Shown: positions 12,598 through 25,400 of the stretch, piece by piece
Layout of the letters: each line of letters opens with the position of its first letter
Numbering within the stretch: the stretch's first letter is position 1
Origin: Macrostomum hystrix
Lineage: Eukaryota > Animalia > Platyhelminthes
Assembly (NCBI GenBank): GCA_950097015.1
Contig: CATNEN010000024.1
Coordinates: 2,232,001-2,296,000, forward strand
DNA: 64,000 nt
Reading direction: 5' to 3'
Notes under the pieces: generated by a model
Told to the model about the DNA's origin: nothing
Database searches by the model: none
What the model saw: only the letters and a program-made list of their open reading frames with translations
Made by a program: the position numbers and the translations under genes

Positions 12598-13272
12598 CAG
12601 GGGTAGGCAAACTTATTTGCTGGCGGGCCAAAGAGAGAACCTAAAAGACGACAGCGGGCCGCATTGACTGTATAAATAAGAGATAGGGGAGAGATGAGAC
12701 ACGGGAGAGATGAGACACAGGAAAGACAAGACACGGGAGAGATTAGACACAGGAGAGATTAGACACGGGAGAGATTAGACACGGGAGAGATTAGACACGG
12801 GAGAGATTAGACACGGGAGAGATTAGACACGGGAGAGATTAGACACGGGAGAGATTAGACACAGGAGAGATTAGACACGGGAGAGATTAGACACGGGAGA
12901 GGTTAGACACGGGAGAGATTAGACACGGGAGAGATTAGACACGGGAGAGATTAGACACGGGAGAGATTAGACACGGGAGAGATGAGACACGGGAGAGATT
13001 AGACACGGGAGAGATTAGACACGGGAGAGATTAGACACGGGAGAGATTAGACACGGGAGAGATTAGACACGGGAGGGATTAGACACGGGAGAGATTAGAC
13101 ACGGGAGAGGTTAGACACGGGAGAGATTAGACACGGGAGAGATTAGATACGAGAGCGATGAGACACGGGAGAGATGAAACAGGACACTGTAGATGTCAGA
13201 AGGGGCAACGGGCCGGATTTGGGAGCTTCGAGGGCCGCATCTGGCCCGCGGGCCGGAGTTTGCCGACCCCTG
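12598..13272 (-). mobile_element. hAT (Charlie/Buster-like) MITE, copy 1, carrying a 16-bp minisatellite
   Basis: TIRs CAGGGGTAGGCAAAC and GTTTGCCGACCCCTG; exact 8-bp TSD ACATAGAG with central TA. Strand is arbitrary (opposite to copy 2). Confidence 0.92.
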
Positions 13273-13787
13273 ACATAGAGCGACAAAAGCAATATTAAAC
13301 AAGACGAGCTTTCTTAGAAAACTCATAAAATGCTTTCTTAAAAGCGTTGCAGTTTGTGCGCACAAGCAGACAAGCTGTTTTACTGCTGCTGCTTCTGCTA
13401 TAATTGCAAATTCACGAATTCTAGCCAGTCAAAGCTGACTAAATTGAGTTAGTGTCAGGAGAACCCGCAGGAGAGTACTTGGTGGGGGGTTGAAGCACTC
13501 CCTCGGAGACCACAGACAAGAACCACTTTTTGTTCTGCACAGTCTGCACACTCTTGCGCTGGTCAATAAACTGTTTCGGAGTAAATGTATTGTAACGACT
13601 TAAACATAAAATACTTCTTGTTCGAGTATAAATTAACTCAGCACTCCATATGACAAGCACTTCAAAAGTTTCAAAAAAATTAAAACTATATATATTAAAA
13701 AGCTATACATTTCTTTGTTTCTTCTGCTAAACAACAGGCCAAGTGCTCTTTCTGACTAAACACAGAAAGTTGAACACCGTCTGTGAC

Positions 13788-14953
13788 ATGCTGAGCTCAG
13801 CATTCAGAATGCTTATTGCGATCCTCTGGCTTGGCTTAATAGCTCTGTCCAGCACCGAAACTGCTCAGCCCACTGAGCTGCCACAGCAACTGACTGCTCT
13901 GGACTCTGCCAGTGGTGAGCTGCCGGCGTCAGTTCTGCCAGAATAGCAGGCAATTTCTCATCCGCTAGCGGTCATTCAACCCGCTACCAATACCTTTCTG
14001 GTCATTCAACCCGTTACCAATACCTTTCTGGTCATTCAACCTGTTACCAATACCTTTCTGGTCATTCAACCCGCTACCAATACCTTTCTGGTCATTCAAC
14101 CCGTTACCAATACCTTTCTGGTCATTCAACCCGTTACCAATACCTTTCTGGTCATTCAACCCGTTAGCGATACCTTTCTGGTCATTCAACCCGTTACCGA
14201 TACCTTTCTGGTCATTCAACCCGATAATAATACCTTTCTGGTCATTCAACCTGTTACAAAATACCTTTCTGGTCATTCAACCCGTTACGATATTTTTCTG
14301 GTCATTCAACCCGTTACAAATTCCTTTCTGGTCATTCAAACTGATACTAATACTTTTCTGGTCATTCAACCCGTTACAAATACCTTTCTGGTCATTCAAC
14401 CTGTTACAAATACCTTTCTGGTCATTCAACCTGTTACAAATTCCTTTCTGGTCATTCAACCTGTTACAAATTCCTTTCTGGTCATTCAACCTGTTACAAA
14501 TTCCTTTCTGGTCATTCAACCTGTTACAAATTCCTTTCTGGTCATTCAACCTGTTACAAATTCCTTTCTGGTCATTCAACCTGTTACAAATTCCTTTCTG
14601 GTCATTCAACCTGTTACAAATTCCTTTCTGGTCATTCAACCCGTTACCGATACCTTTCTGTCATTTAAACAGTTATTTATTACCTTCTAGGTAATTAAAA
14701 CATCACTTGACACCTCTAAATTATTTTAAGTACTCGTGCATTTGTACTTGTACTTTCCCGTAAAATTCTCAATTTTTTTATATTTCAGCTCAAGCTCAAA
14801 GCGCTCCAATTTACGATCCAAATCAGTAAGTACATTTCAGTTCGTAATCCATCTTACTTGGCGTAAAAAACTCGTTTTCAACATTTTTTCAGATGCTACT
14901 TCAGATACAACGTGGACGATAAGGTGTACAGAATCTGGTGCGGTTTCTTTTAG
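13788..14953 (+). CDS. Small secreted protein (74 aa) with a C-terminal two-Cys loop; exons 13788-13914, 14789-14825, 14893-14953
   Basis: Signal-peptide-like MLIAILWLGLIALSS. Canonical sites G|gtgagc, tttcag|, CA|gtaagt and ttttcag| join in frame to ...APIYDPNQCYFRYNVDDKVYRIWCGFF*. Confidence 0.75.
13970..14660. repeat. 30-bp minisatellite (TCTGGTCATTCAACCCGTTACCAATACCTT), ~23 copies, inside the peptide gene's first coding intron
   Basis: Period 30. Confidence 0.95.
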
Positions 14954-15124
14954 AGTTGCCGCTTGAAGTTTTATCTCAGAACGACACTTATCTCAAACTT
15001 ATCGATTTTTTAGAGTATTTCTTGTGTAAATTAGTTTCTTTCTCAGCAGAGCAACTCATTTTATATTCCATTTTTCGTATGAGACCATCAAGCCTCCCGG
15101 TATTCTAGGACCGCCACACCACAC

Positions 15125-15700
15125 CAAACCTTGTAGGACCGCCACCCCATCCCAGCCTTATAGGACCGCCACCCCATCCCAGCCTTGTAGGACCGCCACC
15201 CCCTCCCAGCCTTGTAGGACCGCCACCCCATCCCAGCCTTGTAGGACCGCCACCCCCTCCCAGCCTTGTAGGACCGCCACCCCCTCCCAGCCTTGTAGGA
15301 CCGCCACCCCCTCCCAGCCTTGTAGGACCGCCATCCCCTCCCAGCCTTGTAGGACCGCCACCCCCTCCCAGCCTTGTAGGACCGCCACCCCCTCCCAGCC
15401 TTGTAGGACCGCCACCCCATCCCAGCCTTGTAGGACCGCCACCCCCTCCCAGCCTTGTAGGACCGCCACCCCCTCCCAGCCTTGTAGGACCGCCACCCCA
15501 TCCCAGCCTTGTAGGACCGCCACCCCCTCCCAGCCTTGTAGGACCGCCACCCCCTCCCAGCCTTGTAGGACCGCCACCCCCTCCCAGCCTTGTAGGACCG
15601 CCATCCCCTCCCAGCCTTGTAGGACCGCCACCCCCTCCCAGCCTTGTAGGACTGCCACCCCCTCCCAGCCTTGTAGGACCGCCATCCCACTCCAAGCTAG
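15125..15700. repeat. 27-bp minisatellite (CCAGCCTTGTAGGACCGCCACCCCCTC), ~21 copies
   Basis: Period 27 (15241 and 15268). Confidence 0.95.
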
Positions 15701-16471
15701 GAGGACAGCCACCCCAAAATAATTCGCACTATCTCAAAAATTGATATCGATATCAGTTTAGCAGGCTGGCCCGCAGGATTGCACCCGCACTGGTTTTTAC
15801 TTGCACGCGTGCGTGAAAATAAAAGTGCCCATACGAGCGTATTTTGCCACTGGCTGATGTTTTGAGAAACTTAAGAAAATATATATTAAGAGTTTAGAAA
15901 TTCTTTGGAACTTTCTTGCTGAAAGAAAGAGTCTACAAGAAAACAGAGGAACGTTAAAACAGGTAAAATAGGGTGAAGGTGGGTGTACGAGCGTACACTT
16001 ATGTGAGCTCTAGATTCACTTGCAAAGTAATAATTGCATTTAAGTGGTTGCAATGCCTGCAGACAGTTGAGATACAACAACTCAAAATAGGAAAGTTGTA
16101 GCGTTTGCAACAATCCTACTATAAGTAGATCGGTGAAGATTTTTTCTTAAGGAAACGTAGTCCAGTCAAAAAAATAGCAACTGAAAGTCCCATGCACTTG
16201 TACGATTGAAAAGCGTTTAGATAAAAATTAAGGAAGTACAAAAGGTACTCAGCTACGGAAATTCGAAAGTACAGTTGTACAGATGACAATAAGAAAGTGT
16301 CTTTGTTAAAATCATCCTCAATATGAATTACTAAAAACTAATCTATTCAAGTTCTTAATATCAAAATAATATGCCTGCAGCTCAAACAAAGTATTTGGCT
16401 GGTCTAGCTCACAAACGACTCTCACAGCCAAAGTCAGGTTTGGAATCTCAAAGCAGCGCCTGCAAGCCTCA

Positions 16472-19400
16472 TCAGTGGTCACCATCCACAGCCTCGACTT
16501 CTGCCGCAGCTGCCGCGGCCTCCGCCTCGCGTCTCTTCTTCTCTGCCTCCTCTGCAATCAGTGCGTGAGGGCTGCTGGACTAAGCAGAACTGATTTGCCA
16601 CCCTGCCCTGCATTCCCTACACAACTGCCTGCATTCCCTACACAACTGCCTGCATTCCCTACACAACTGCCTGCATTCCCTACACAAATGCCTGCATTCC
16701 CTACACAACTGCCTGCATTCCCTACACAACTGCCTGCATTCCCTACACAAGTACCTGCATTCCCTACACAAGTACCTGCATTCCCTACACAACTACCTGC
16801 ATTCCCGACACAACAGCCTCCATTCCCTACACAACAGCCTCCATTCCCTACACAACAGTCTCCATTCCCTACACAATTGCCGGCATTCCTTACGAAGCTC
16901 CCTGCATTCCCTGCACAGCTCGCGGCATTCCCTGCATAGCTCCCGGCATTCCCTGCACAGTTCCCTGCATTCCCTGCACAGCTCCCGGCATTCCCTGCAT
17001 AGCTCCCGGCATTCCCTGCACAGCTCCCTGCATTCCCTGCACAGCTCCCTGCATTCCCTGCACAGCTCCCTGCATTCCCTGCACAGCTCCCTGCATTCCC
17101 TGCACAGCTCCCGGCATTCCCTGCACAGCTCCCTGCATTCCCTGCACAGCTCCCTGCATTCCCTGCACAGCTCCCTGCATTCCCTGCACAGCTCCCTGCA
17201 TCCCCTGCACAGCTCCCTGCATTCCCTGCACAGCTCCCGGCATTCCCTGCACAGCTCCCTGCATTCCCTGCACAGCTCCCTGCATTCCCTGCACAGCTCC
17301 CTGCATCCCCTGCACAGCTCCCTGCATTCCCTGACCAGCTCCCTGCATCCCCTGACCAGCTCCGTGCACCTACCAATCTCCGCTCGAGCCTTCCAGGTGG
17401 CGCGGTTCTCCTTGATGACGGCCGCCCAGGGTCGGCAGAAGCAGGGCGCGCCGCTTTCGCTGGCCGCTGTGGAACAGAAAGTTGCAGAGCGGGTGGTTGT
17501 TGCAATTAAAAAATCAGTCAATTATTTCAATTTTTAATGCCACGATTGAAGCGAAGTGAACTCACAGTCGTCATCATCGCCAGTGGCGGCGTTGCCTGCT
17601 GCCTTTCGCTGCTGCTCAAACAGCGGCACTAGAATCTTCTCGAGCATGTCGCCGAGAACGTTGAAGCTCGGCTCCATGATGAAGTCGATGAAGCCTGCGG
17701 GTCGGTGATGAAAGGCCTTGCTGAAGAAGTTGTTTAGAGAAAATTTATTTCCCGTTTGAGATTTTTAATTAACAATTTTCGCCGTTAATTAACTCATGAA
17801 ACGGCTAGTTAAATTTGCTACTCGGTGTTTTCATTTGTTTGTTGTTTATCATTTCGTCCATTTTCTGCGTTTTTCGATATTTTTTCTGATTAGACCGCCC
17901 TAGTTAGCTCATTTTCCTAGTTCCTCAAAATATTTGCTCGTCCATCTTTTATATGTACGCTCGTATTAGTATTATTGCAATGTATTAGTTTGCACAAGCG
18001 TAAATTTCTTTGCACAACGATTTGAATAGTTCATTGATATTTGAATAGTTCTTCCATATTTGAATAGTTCGTCGATATTTGAATAGTTCGTCGATATTTG
18101 AATAGTTCGTCGATATTTGAAGAGATCCTATAGATCATTTCATCTCTGTCTCGTAGATGGGTGCCACATGATAACTCAGGCAAATGCCATTCGGTCCGAA
18201 CTCTCACCAACTTGCGACTGGGCCACCATGGTTGCAGTCCTGTCGCACAGAGGCGAGCATGGCAGGTCGAGGGCTCGTTCTCGATCGCCCTGAAATTCAA
18301 TTGAAAATATATCGATGTTTAAAAAATCGACATCGTGTTTTGTGTTAATTCTGCAGCCAGTTGCACATGCAGGTTCGGCTATTGCGTCCATGGACAGGGG
18401 AGGCTGCCGCACCCACCAGCTAATGCTAGTGGGGGGTGAGTCGGTGAGTGGCAGAGCGGTCTAACGCCTTTACCTCTCGCACCAAGGTCCCTGAGCTCGA
18501 TTCCGAGGCGAGGCCACATTTATTTCGGGCACAACCACAGAGAGAATGCTTGGGGGCTTGTCGTGCAATTCACGCCCTTGAGGGCCAACCTCCAAGGCAC
18601 AGTGAAAGTGTAGAGAAAGTCAGGGCAGATATGTAACTCAGGAGTCAGCGGAATGGGCAGAACTGCCTCCTCGCTGGCTGCGGGTCTGGTGTGACGAAAT
18701 GTTTGCAGCCCTAATGCAATTATTATTATTATTATTATGCATGAAGGCATGAACTGTGAATCCCAGTTTGACCTGTCTAAAGAACTCCTCCAATAGTCCC
18801 ACGGTCCAGCGGTAGTGCAGATCCCAGCGTTTGCCAGGATGGCTGATGTCAGCGCAGTGCAGCATCAGGGCCAGCGCCTTCTCCTTGTCGATCCTGTTTT
18901 GGCCGAGTGTTTTTCCGGTGTTTTTTGTTATTCTCATTAGATTCAAGCATTAGATTTCGAGGCATATGCTAAGAAAGACACTTTCTTAGTAGGCAGTGAC
19001 GAGTCAATAATATGTGGAGTTTTTTGTTTAATTAATCTGTCAATAGGATAGACAGTCTAATTTTGTGTGCCTAGAAGAAATTTAAAAAATAGTTATTATT
19101 CAAGCGAGCTACTGGGGAAAGTGTGCCATCGATATTGTTAGGCGCGGCCTGTTTACACGAAACAGAAACAAACAATTTGTGCCGCCATGGCAACTAGCCT
19201 TCGAATAGAGAACAATAAAACAAATTGCACCTAACCAAAATAGGCCAGATGTACAGTCAATTGGGGGAGTTTTTCGCACTTAAACGCACAGCGCTCAGTA
19301 TGGGTTTTAGTTGATATTAAATTTGACAAGCTGGCTGTAGCTGCATAGCATAAAAGTACTTACACGTTGATGAAGACACTGCATTAGCAGCAAGTTTTAA

Positions 19401-22400
19401 AGATGAATAGATTTTTGGCAGAAATCGCAATAAATTGAAATAAATCAATAAAAAATAATAGAAACGCTAGTTATCAACTCAAGATATGTGAGCACTTTTC
19501 CAGTGGCAGTGAGCTATTGAAAAAACGCAAAATGTGGTTATTTAGGCTAAAAAGGTAGCTAAATCCTGTAGTTTCTGTGATGCCTTCTGCTCGAACGCTG
19601 ATTCGCATTGCCTAATAGAAATGCTTTGCTAAAAATGTCTAACTGCTCGCTAAATAAGTGAATAGACAGGAACTCGCCCGCATGGAAAAGTTGTCAGCAC
19701 AGTGCGCCTGGGGCGCATCAAGTTTGAGCCGTTTCCGAAGAAGAGCCACTCCTGCTCAGGCTCCCTGCGGTATTTACAGAGGACAGTTTTACTATTGGAT
19801 TCTATTGGCTGGGGCGGCACATAACAGAGGGAGCTGATTGGCTGGCTGTCTGGGGTGGTTGGCAAGAGAGAGCTCATTGGCTAGCTAGCTGGGGTTTTGC
19901 AAGACAGAGAGAGGGAGCTGATTGGCTGGCTGCTTGAGGTGGCTGGTGGGAGAGAGGTGTCCCTGGTAGAGAGGCTGAAAGTATTGATCCAGAAAAAGTC
20001 GCCCTTATCTGCTGAAGTTGTGATGTACATCAAAGCATTTTACGCGCCACAATTTAATAGAATACTTATTTACATTTTTTGAAGACATATTGTCATAAAA
20101 ATTGTTTAAATATTGCCTTAAACTAACTGTAAGTGGGCATCTTATTTATTACTCCAGATTGAGTAAACAAGTAAAAAATGCTTCTCTATATTTTCTCGAC
20201 TTCAGAAACCGTGCACCAAAATCATCACAACCCACGCCATGGCAGCACCGTAACTTCAAAGCATTAGCAACGCCCTAGCAACACAAAAGACTCACTTCTC
20301 TGGCATTGATAGCAGCTGCTTCATGTTTTTAATCTGCTGGAAGTGCAGGCTCATGTCCGTGTTGAGTACCATGTCGATCACCAGAGCTCGGAATTCCCTG
20401 AATGCGATGAGGGTTGATTAACTCAAACTCAAGATTCGATTGAGGATCAAGGATTTGGCGAAACCCTTCGTAAGTGGGAAATCAGAACTTCGGGGATCTC
20501 ATTGTTAGGCTTATAAGTCCCAAATGAGGATTTAAAGTAGGGGTCGGCAAACTCCGGCCCGCGGGCCAGATGCGGCCCTCGAAGCTCCCAAATCCGGCCC
20601 GTTGCTCCTTCCAACACCTACAGTATCCTGTCTCATCTTTCCCCTGTCTTATCTCTCTCTCATCTGGCGATGAGGAGTCTCATCTCTCCCGTGTCTCATC
20701 TCTCCCGTGTCTCATCTCTCCCGTGTCTCATCTCTCCCGTGTCTCATCTCTCCCGTGTCTCATCTCTCCCGTGTCTCATCTCTCCCGTGTCTCATCTCTC
20801 CCGTGTCTCATCTCTCCCGTGTCTCATCTCTCCCGTGTCTCATCTCTCCCGTGTCTCATCTCTCCCGTGTCTCATCTCTCCCGTGTCTCATCTCTCCCGT
20901 GTCTCATCTCTCCCGTGTCTCATCTCTCCCGTGTCTCATCTCTCCCGTGTCTCATCTCTCCCGTGTCTCATCTCTCCCGTGTCTCATCTCTCCCGTGTCT
21001 CATCTCTCCCGTGTCTCATCTCTCCCGTGTCTCATCTCTCCCGTGTCTCATCTCTCCCGTGTCTCATCTCTCCCGTGTCTCATCTCTCCCGTGTCTCATC
21101 TCTCCCGTGTCTCATCTCTCCCGTGTCTCATCTCTCCCGTGTCTCATCTCTCCCGTGTCTCATCTCTCCCGTGTCTCATCTCTCCCGTGTCTCATCTCTC
21201 CCGTGTCTCATCTCTCCCGTGTCTCATGTCTTATCTCTCCCCTGTCTCATCTCTCTCTCGGCTAATAAGTTTGCCGACCCTTGATTTAAAGGGAAACCGG
21301 TGTGCTCACTTGTACTCCTCCCTTGTGAGTCCGGTCAGGATATTGTAGTCGTCCTCCCGCATCAGAATGAAGATGGCGCTGACGTGGTAGTTCTCTAGCA
21401 CGCCTTTGTCATTGTACAGGAGCGCCAGGTCCGAGCTGGTGTTGATGTGAAAGTTGTTCGTGGTGCCCGTGTGCTCGTAGTCGTGAATGAGGGCGGCGAT
21501 GATAGTGGCGAAGATCTCCAGGTCTGTCAGCCAGTTCTTTCAATAGAAATATGAATTTTTGCTGGATTGAATCGCTTAAATCGTCAACTGCCGGTCTGAA
21601 TCTAGAAACGCACGTACCGCATAGCGCGTAGCAGCCATACAAGTCAGAGCATATGGATACAGCATAGCAACCATACCAGTTAGAGCATATAGATACTGCA
21701 TAGCAACCATACCAGTTAGAGCATATAGATACTGCATAGCAACCATACAAGTCAGAGCATATAGATACCGCATAGCAACCATACCAGTCAGAGCATATAG
21801 ATACCGCATAGCAACCACTCAGCTTAAGCCTAGATACCGCATAGCAACCATACCAATTAGAGCATATAGATACTGCATAGCAACCATATCAGTCAGAGCA
21901 TATAGATACTGCATAGCAACCATACCAGTTAGAGCATATAGATACCGCATAGCAACCATAACACTCAGAGCATATAGATACCGCATAGCAACCATACCAG
22001 TTAGAGCATATAGATACTGCATAGCAACCATACCAGTCAGAGCATATAGATACCGCATAGCAACCATACCAGTTAGAGCATATAGATACCGCATAGCAAC
22101 CATAACACTCAGAGCATATAGATACCGCATAGCAACCATACCAGTTAGAGCATATAGATACTGCATAGCAACCATACCAGTCAGAGCATATAGATACCGC
22201 ATAGCAACCACCCAGCTTAAGCCTAGATACCCCATAGCAACCACCCAGCTTAAGCCTAGATACCCCATTGCAACCATCCAGCTTAAGCCTAGATACCCCA
22301 TTGCAACCATCCAGCTTAAGCTTAGATACCCCATAGCAACCACCCAGCTTAAGCTTAGATACCCCATCCATAGCAACCACCCATCTTAAGCCTAGATACC

Positions 22401-25400
22401 CCATTGCAACCATCCAGCTTAAGCCTAGATACCCCATAGCAACCACCCAGCTTAAGCTTAGATACCCCATAGCAACCACCCAGCTTAAGCCTAGATACCC
22501 CATTGCAACCATCCAGCTTAAGCCTAGATACCCCATAGCAACCACCCAGCTTAAGCTTAGATACCACATAGCAACCACCCAGCTTAAGCCTAGATACCCC
22601 ATAGCAACCACCCAGCTTAAGCCTAGATACCTCATTGCAACCATCCAGCTTAAGCCTAGATACCCCATTGCAACCATCCAGCTTAAGCCTAGATACCGCT
22701 TAGCAACCATACCAGTCAGAACATATCGATACCGCAGAGCAACTCAGCTATGTGGTACTCAAACTTCGAACAGTTTGTTGTCCTTAGTTATGTTGCTTAG
22801 AATTGAATAATCAGCGCTCACCACCAGCTTGGAGTCGTGCATGATGAAATGGCAGGTCTGAGCAACATCGGCTCCGTGGACCAGGTTGTGGTACGGGTTG
22901 CCCCACTTGCTATAGCCCTCCTCGCATTTGTACAGAAAATTTTCTAACACGCTGGAGTTGATCTGTCGAGGTATTTTAAGTGATATTTTTTTTTAACTCA
23001 AACCCATTGATGCACAGAATAGAGCTAATTATAAACGAATTACATCTAAGCATTACCTTGAACTTGTTGATTAGGTCGTATTTGTGCAACAGCTCAAAGC
23101 CGACATACTTCATGGCGTGATTCTCCGAGACTTCATTGAGCTCGAATATGTCGAAGCACCATTCGTCCAGGCCAGCCTGTGGCAAGTAATAATTTATTCG
23201 TAAGGAGTCCGTCTTCCCATTGCCCTGACCCAAGGACCACCAGGAGTAAAAAAGGGAAACTACGTTTCTTAGAAAACGTTTAGAAGGCAGTTTTCCGCAA
23301 AAAAATTACACTACAGAGACGAATTTTTGTGTCCTTTAGCAAGACACTTAACTCTGCATTGCTTCAGTTCACCCAGCTGTTAAATGGGTACAAGCATCAG
23401 CTGGGGTAATTGAGGGTGGGTGTGGCGTCCCCCCAGTCCATGGACTGAACAGCCGTACGCAGCCTTCAGATGCGCCGCGCAATAGCTGCGGCTGTGCTGT
23501 CGGCTGCACATCTGGCCCAATTGGGGCAGATCCAAAGCTCTTCTTTTGATAAGAATTCCCTACTATGTAGCCCGAACGTATTTGACAATTGAACCAATAG
23601 GGATTAAGCGATACCTTCTACTTATAATGGTCCTGATTGTGATTTGATTGTGTTTGACCTTTAAACTATGAAGACTGTGTTTAGATTGGTTGCTTTCAAT
23701 GATTTCGGAACTTTTATCGTAGATTCACAGTTGCCAAGCATTAAGATCATGCAACTCACTTTGAGCAGCAGCAGAACATTGGGCGGCACGCTGATGCTGC
23801 TGGAGCTGGATAAACGACGGTAAATTCTAGAAAAAGGATGGGAAAGAATGACGCTTTCAAAATGATTTTGCCTTTCCCTTTCGACCTGCTTAAAAAGTAA
23901 CCTTAAATTAGCACTTGTCTCGCCCAAAGGTCCCTGAGCTCGATTCCGCGGCGAGGCCACATTTAGTTGAGAAGGCTTGGTGGCTTGTCGCGCAATTTAC
24001 GCCCTTTACGCACAGTGAAGTTGTACACTGCCTGACGATGAGAAAGTCAAGGCAGATGTACACACCTGTGTGAGCGTGTGCCTGCGTAGGGTATCTGTGT
24101 GCGTGTGTGCTCAGGAGTCAGCGAAATGGGCAGAATTGCCTCCCCGCTGGCTGCGGGTCTAGTGTCACCAAATGATGTGCCATTGCCCGCAGCCCTCCTG
24201 CAATTATTATTATTATTATTGTTAACATCTTTATTAGTCAGAGTATTGTTAAGGTTATGGTATGTACGATTACAGTAGGCCTACAGTAAATTGTTTAAAA
24301 CGACAAAATGTTTTTATATTATAATTTGACTATGAAGGGAGACCCGCGGAATTGCAGTGGGCTTTCGGCTGCTTAAAATAAGCACGGAATTTGAAAATTA
24401 GCAGTTAAACAAGGCCGGACAGGTTGACGAAAGGCTGCCCACCTCTCCACCATGATGCCGGCCCTAATGGCGTTGGCGACGCTTCTAAAATGCGGCTTCT
24501 CCTTGTTCTGCTTCAGCGAAGTCTGCGAGCGGGTGAAAGTCGAAGCCAGCCAGTCGCGAACTTCGCTGGGCACATCGTTGGGCGACACGTCTGGCAGGTC
24601 GTCGTCCTCGTTGCAGAGGCGCCTGCGGATGGGTGGCATTTGAGAATATTCTTTATGCGGAGGCTTCAAAAGCTCACTTAATCAAGAAATAACGCTCTTG
24701 AGTCCATTGCCACTTACTTAGTCTCATCTGCGTAGACGGCCTCGAGTACCTGTACAGCGTACTGCAGATTCTGCACCAGGGCCGCCTTATCGATGGTGTC
24801 CTCTTCCACCAGCTTGGCTATCTTCTTCAGCCTGAAATAGAAATACACACTTGCTTGTATTTCTCCGGGGTGTCAGGGCAGGCAGTTGGGTGTCAGGGCA
24901 GGCAGTGGGGTGTCAGGGCAGGCAGTGGGGTGTCAGGGCAGGCAGTCGGGTGTCAGGGCAGGCAGTGGGGTGTCAGGGCAGGCAGTGGGGTGTCAGGGCA
25001 GGCAGTCGGGTGTCAGGGCAGGCAGTGGGGTGTCAGGGCAGGCAGTGGGGTGTCAGGGCAGGCAGTCGGGTGTCAGGGCAGGCAGTGGGGTGTCAGGGCA
25101 GGCAGTCGGGTGACAGGGCAGGCAGTCGGGTGTCAGGGCAGGCAGTCGGGTGTCAGGGCAGGCAGTCGGGTGTCAGAACTGACCGCACTGAGCAGGCAAA
25201 GCTGGCCTCGGGGGTGCCCACTGACGGCATCTTCTCGGTGGCCAGCTCGCTTTCCGCGTACTGTGTGCTTGGCGCCTTCTGCAGGCTGTTGTACATGAGA
25301 CTGCTCAACGGCTCCACGTCTGAGGGATTAATAGTGAGACCTGCAGCATCTTAGTGTCACTTGCAGAAGGACTAATTAATTTTTTTAGAGAACGAAACGG

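Larger units (their letters stand above)
11526..13292 (+). mobile_element. Defective IS630/Tc1-mariner-type DNA transposon (~1.08 kb net) with ~135-bp TIRs and TA TSD, interrupted by a hAT MITE
   Basis: TA|TTGCTTTTGTCG...CGACAAAAGCAA|TA; left TIR 11526-11660 mirrors 12477-12597 plus 13281-13292. Confidence 0.85.

Noticed and set aside
14893-14953. The small peptide as ligand of the neighbouring TRH-like receptor
   Set aside because: It has no TRH/EFLGamide-like repeats, amidation Gly or dibasic sites; proximity alone is not evidence.
24032-24048. Hammerhead-like CTGACGA...GAAA...GTC in SINE A
   Set aside because: No stem II or III can form, and the copy at ~57800 reads CTGTCGA; a simple hairpin explains it.
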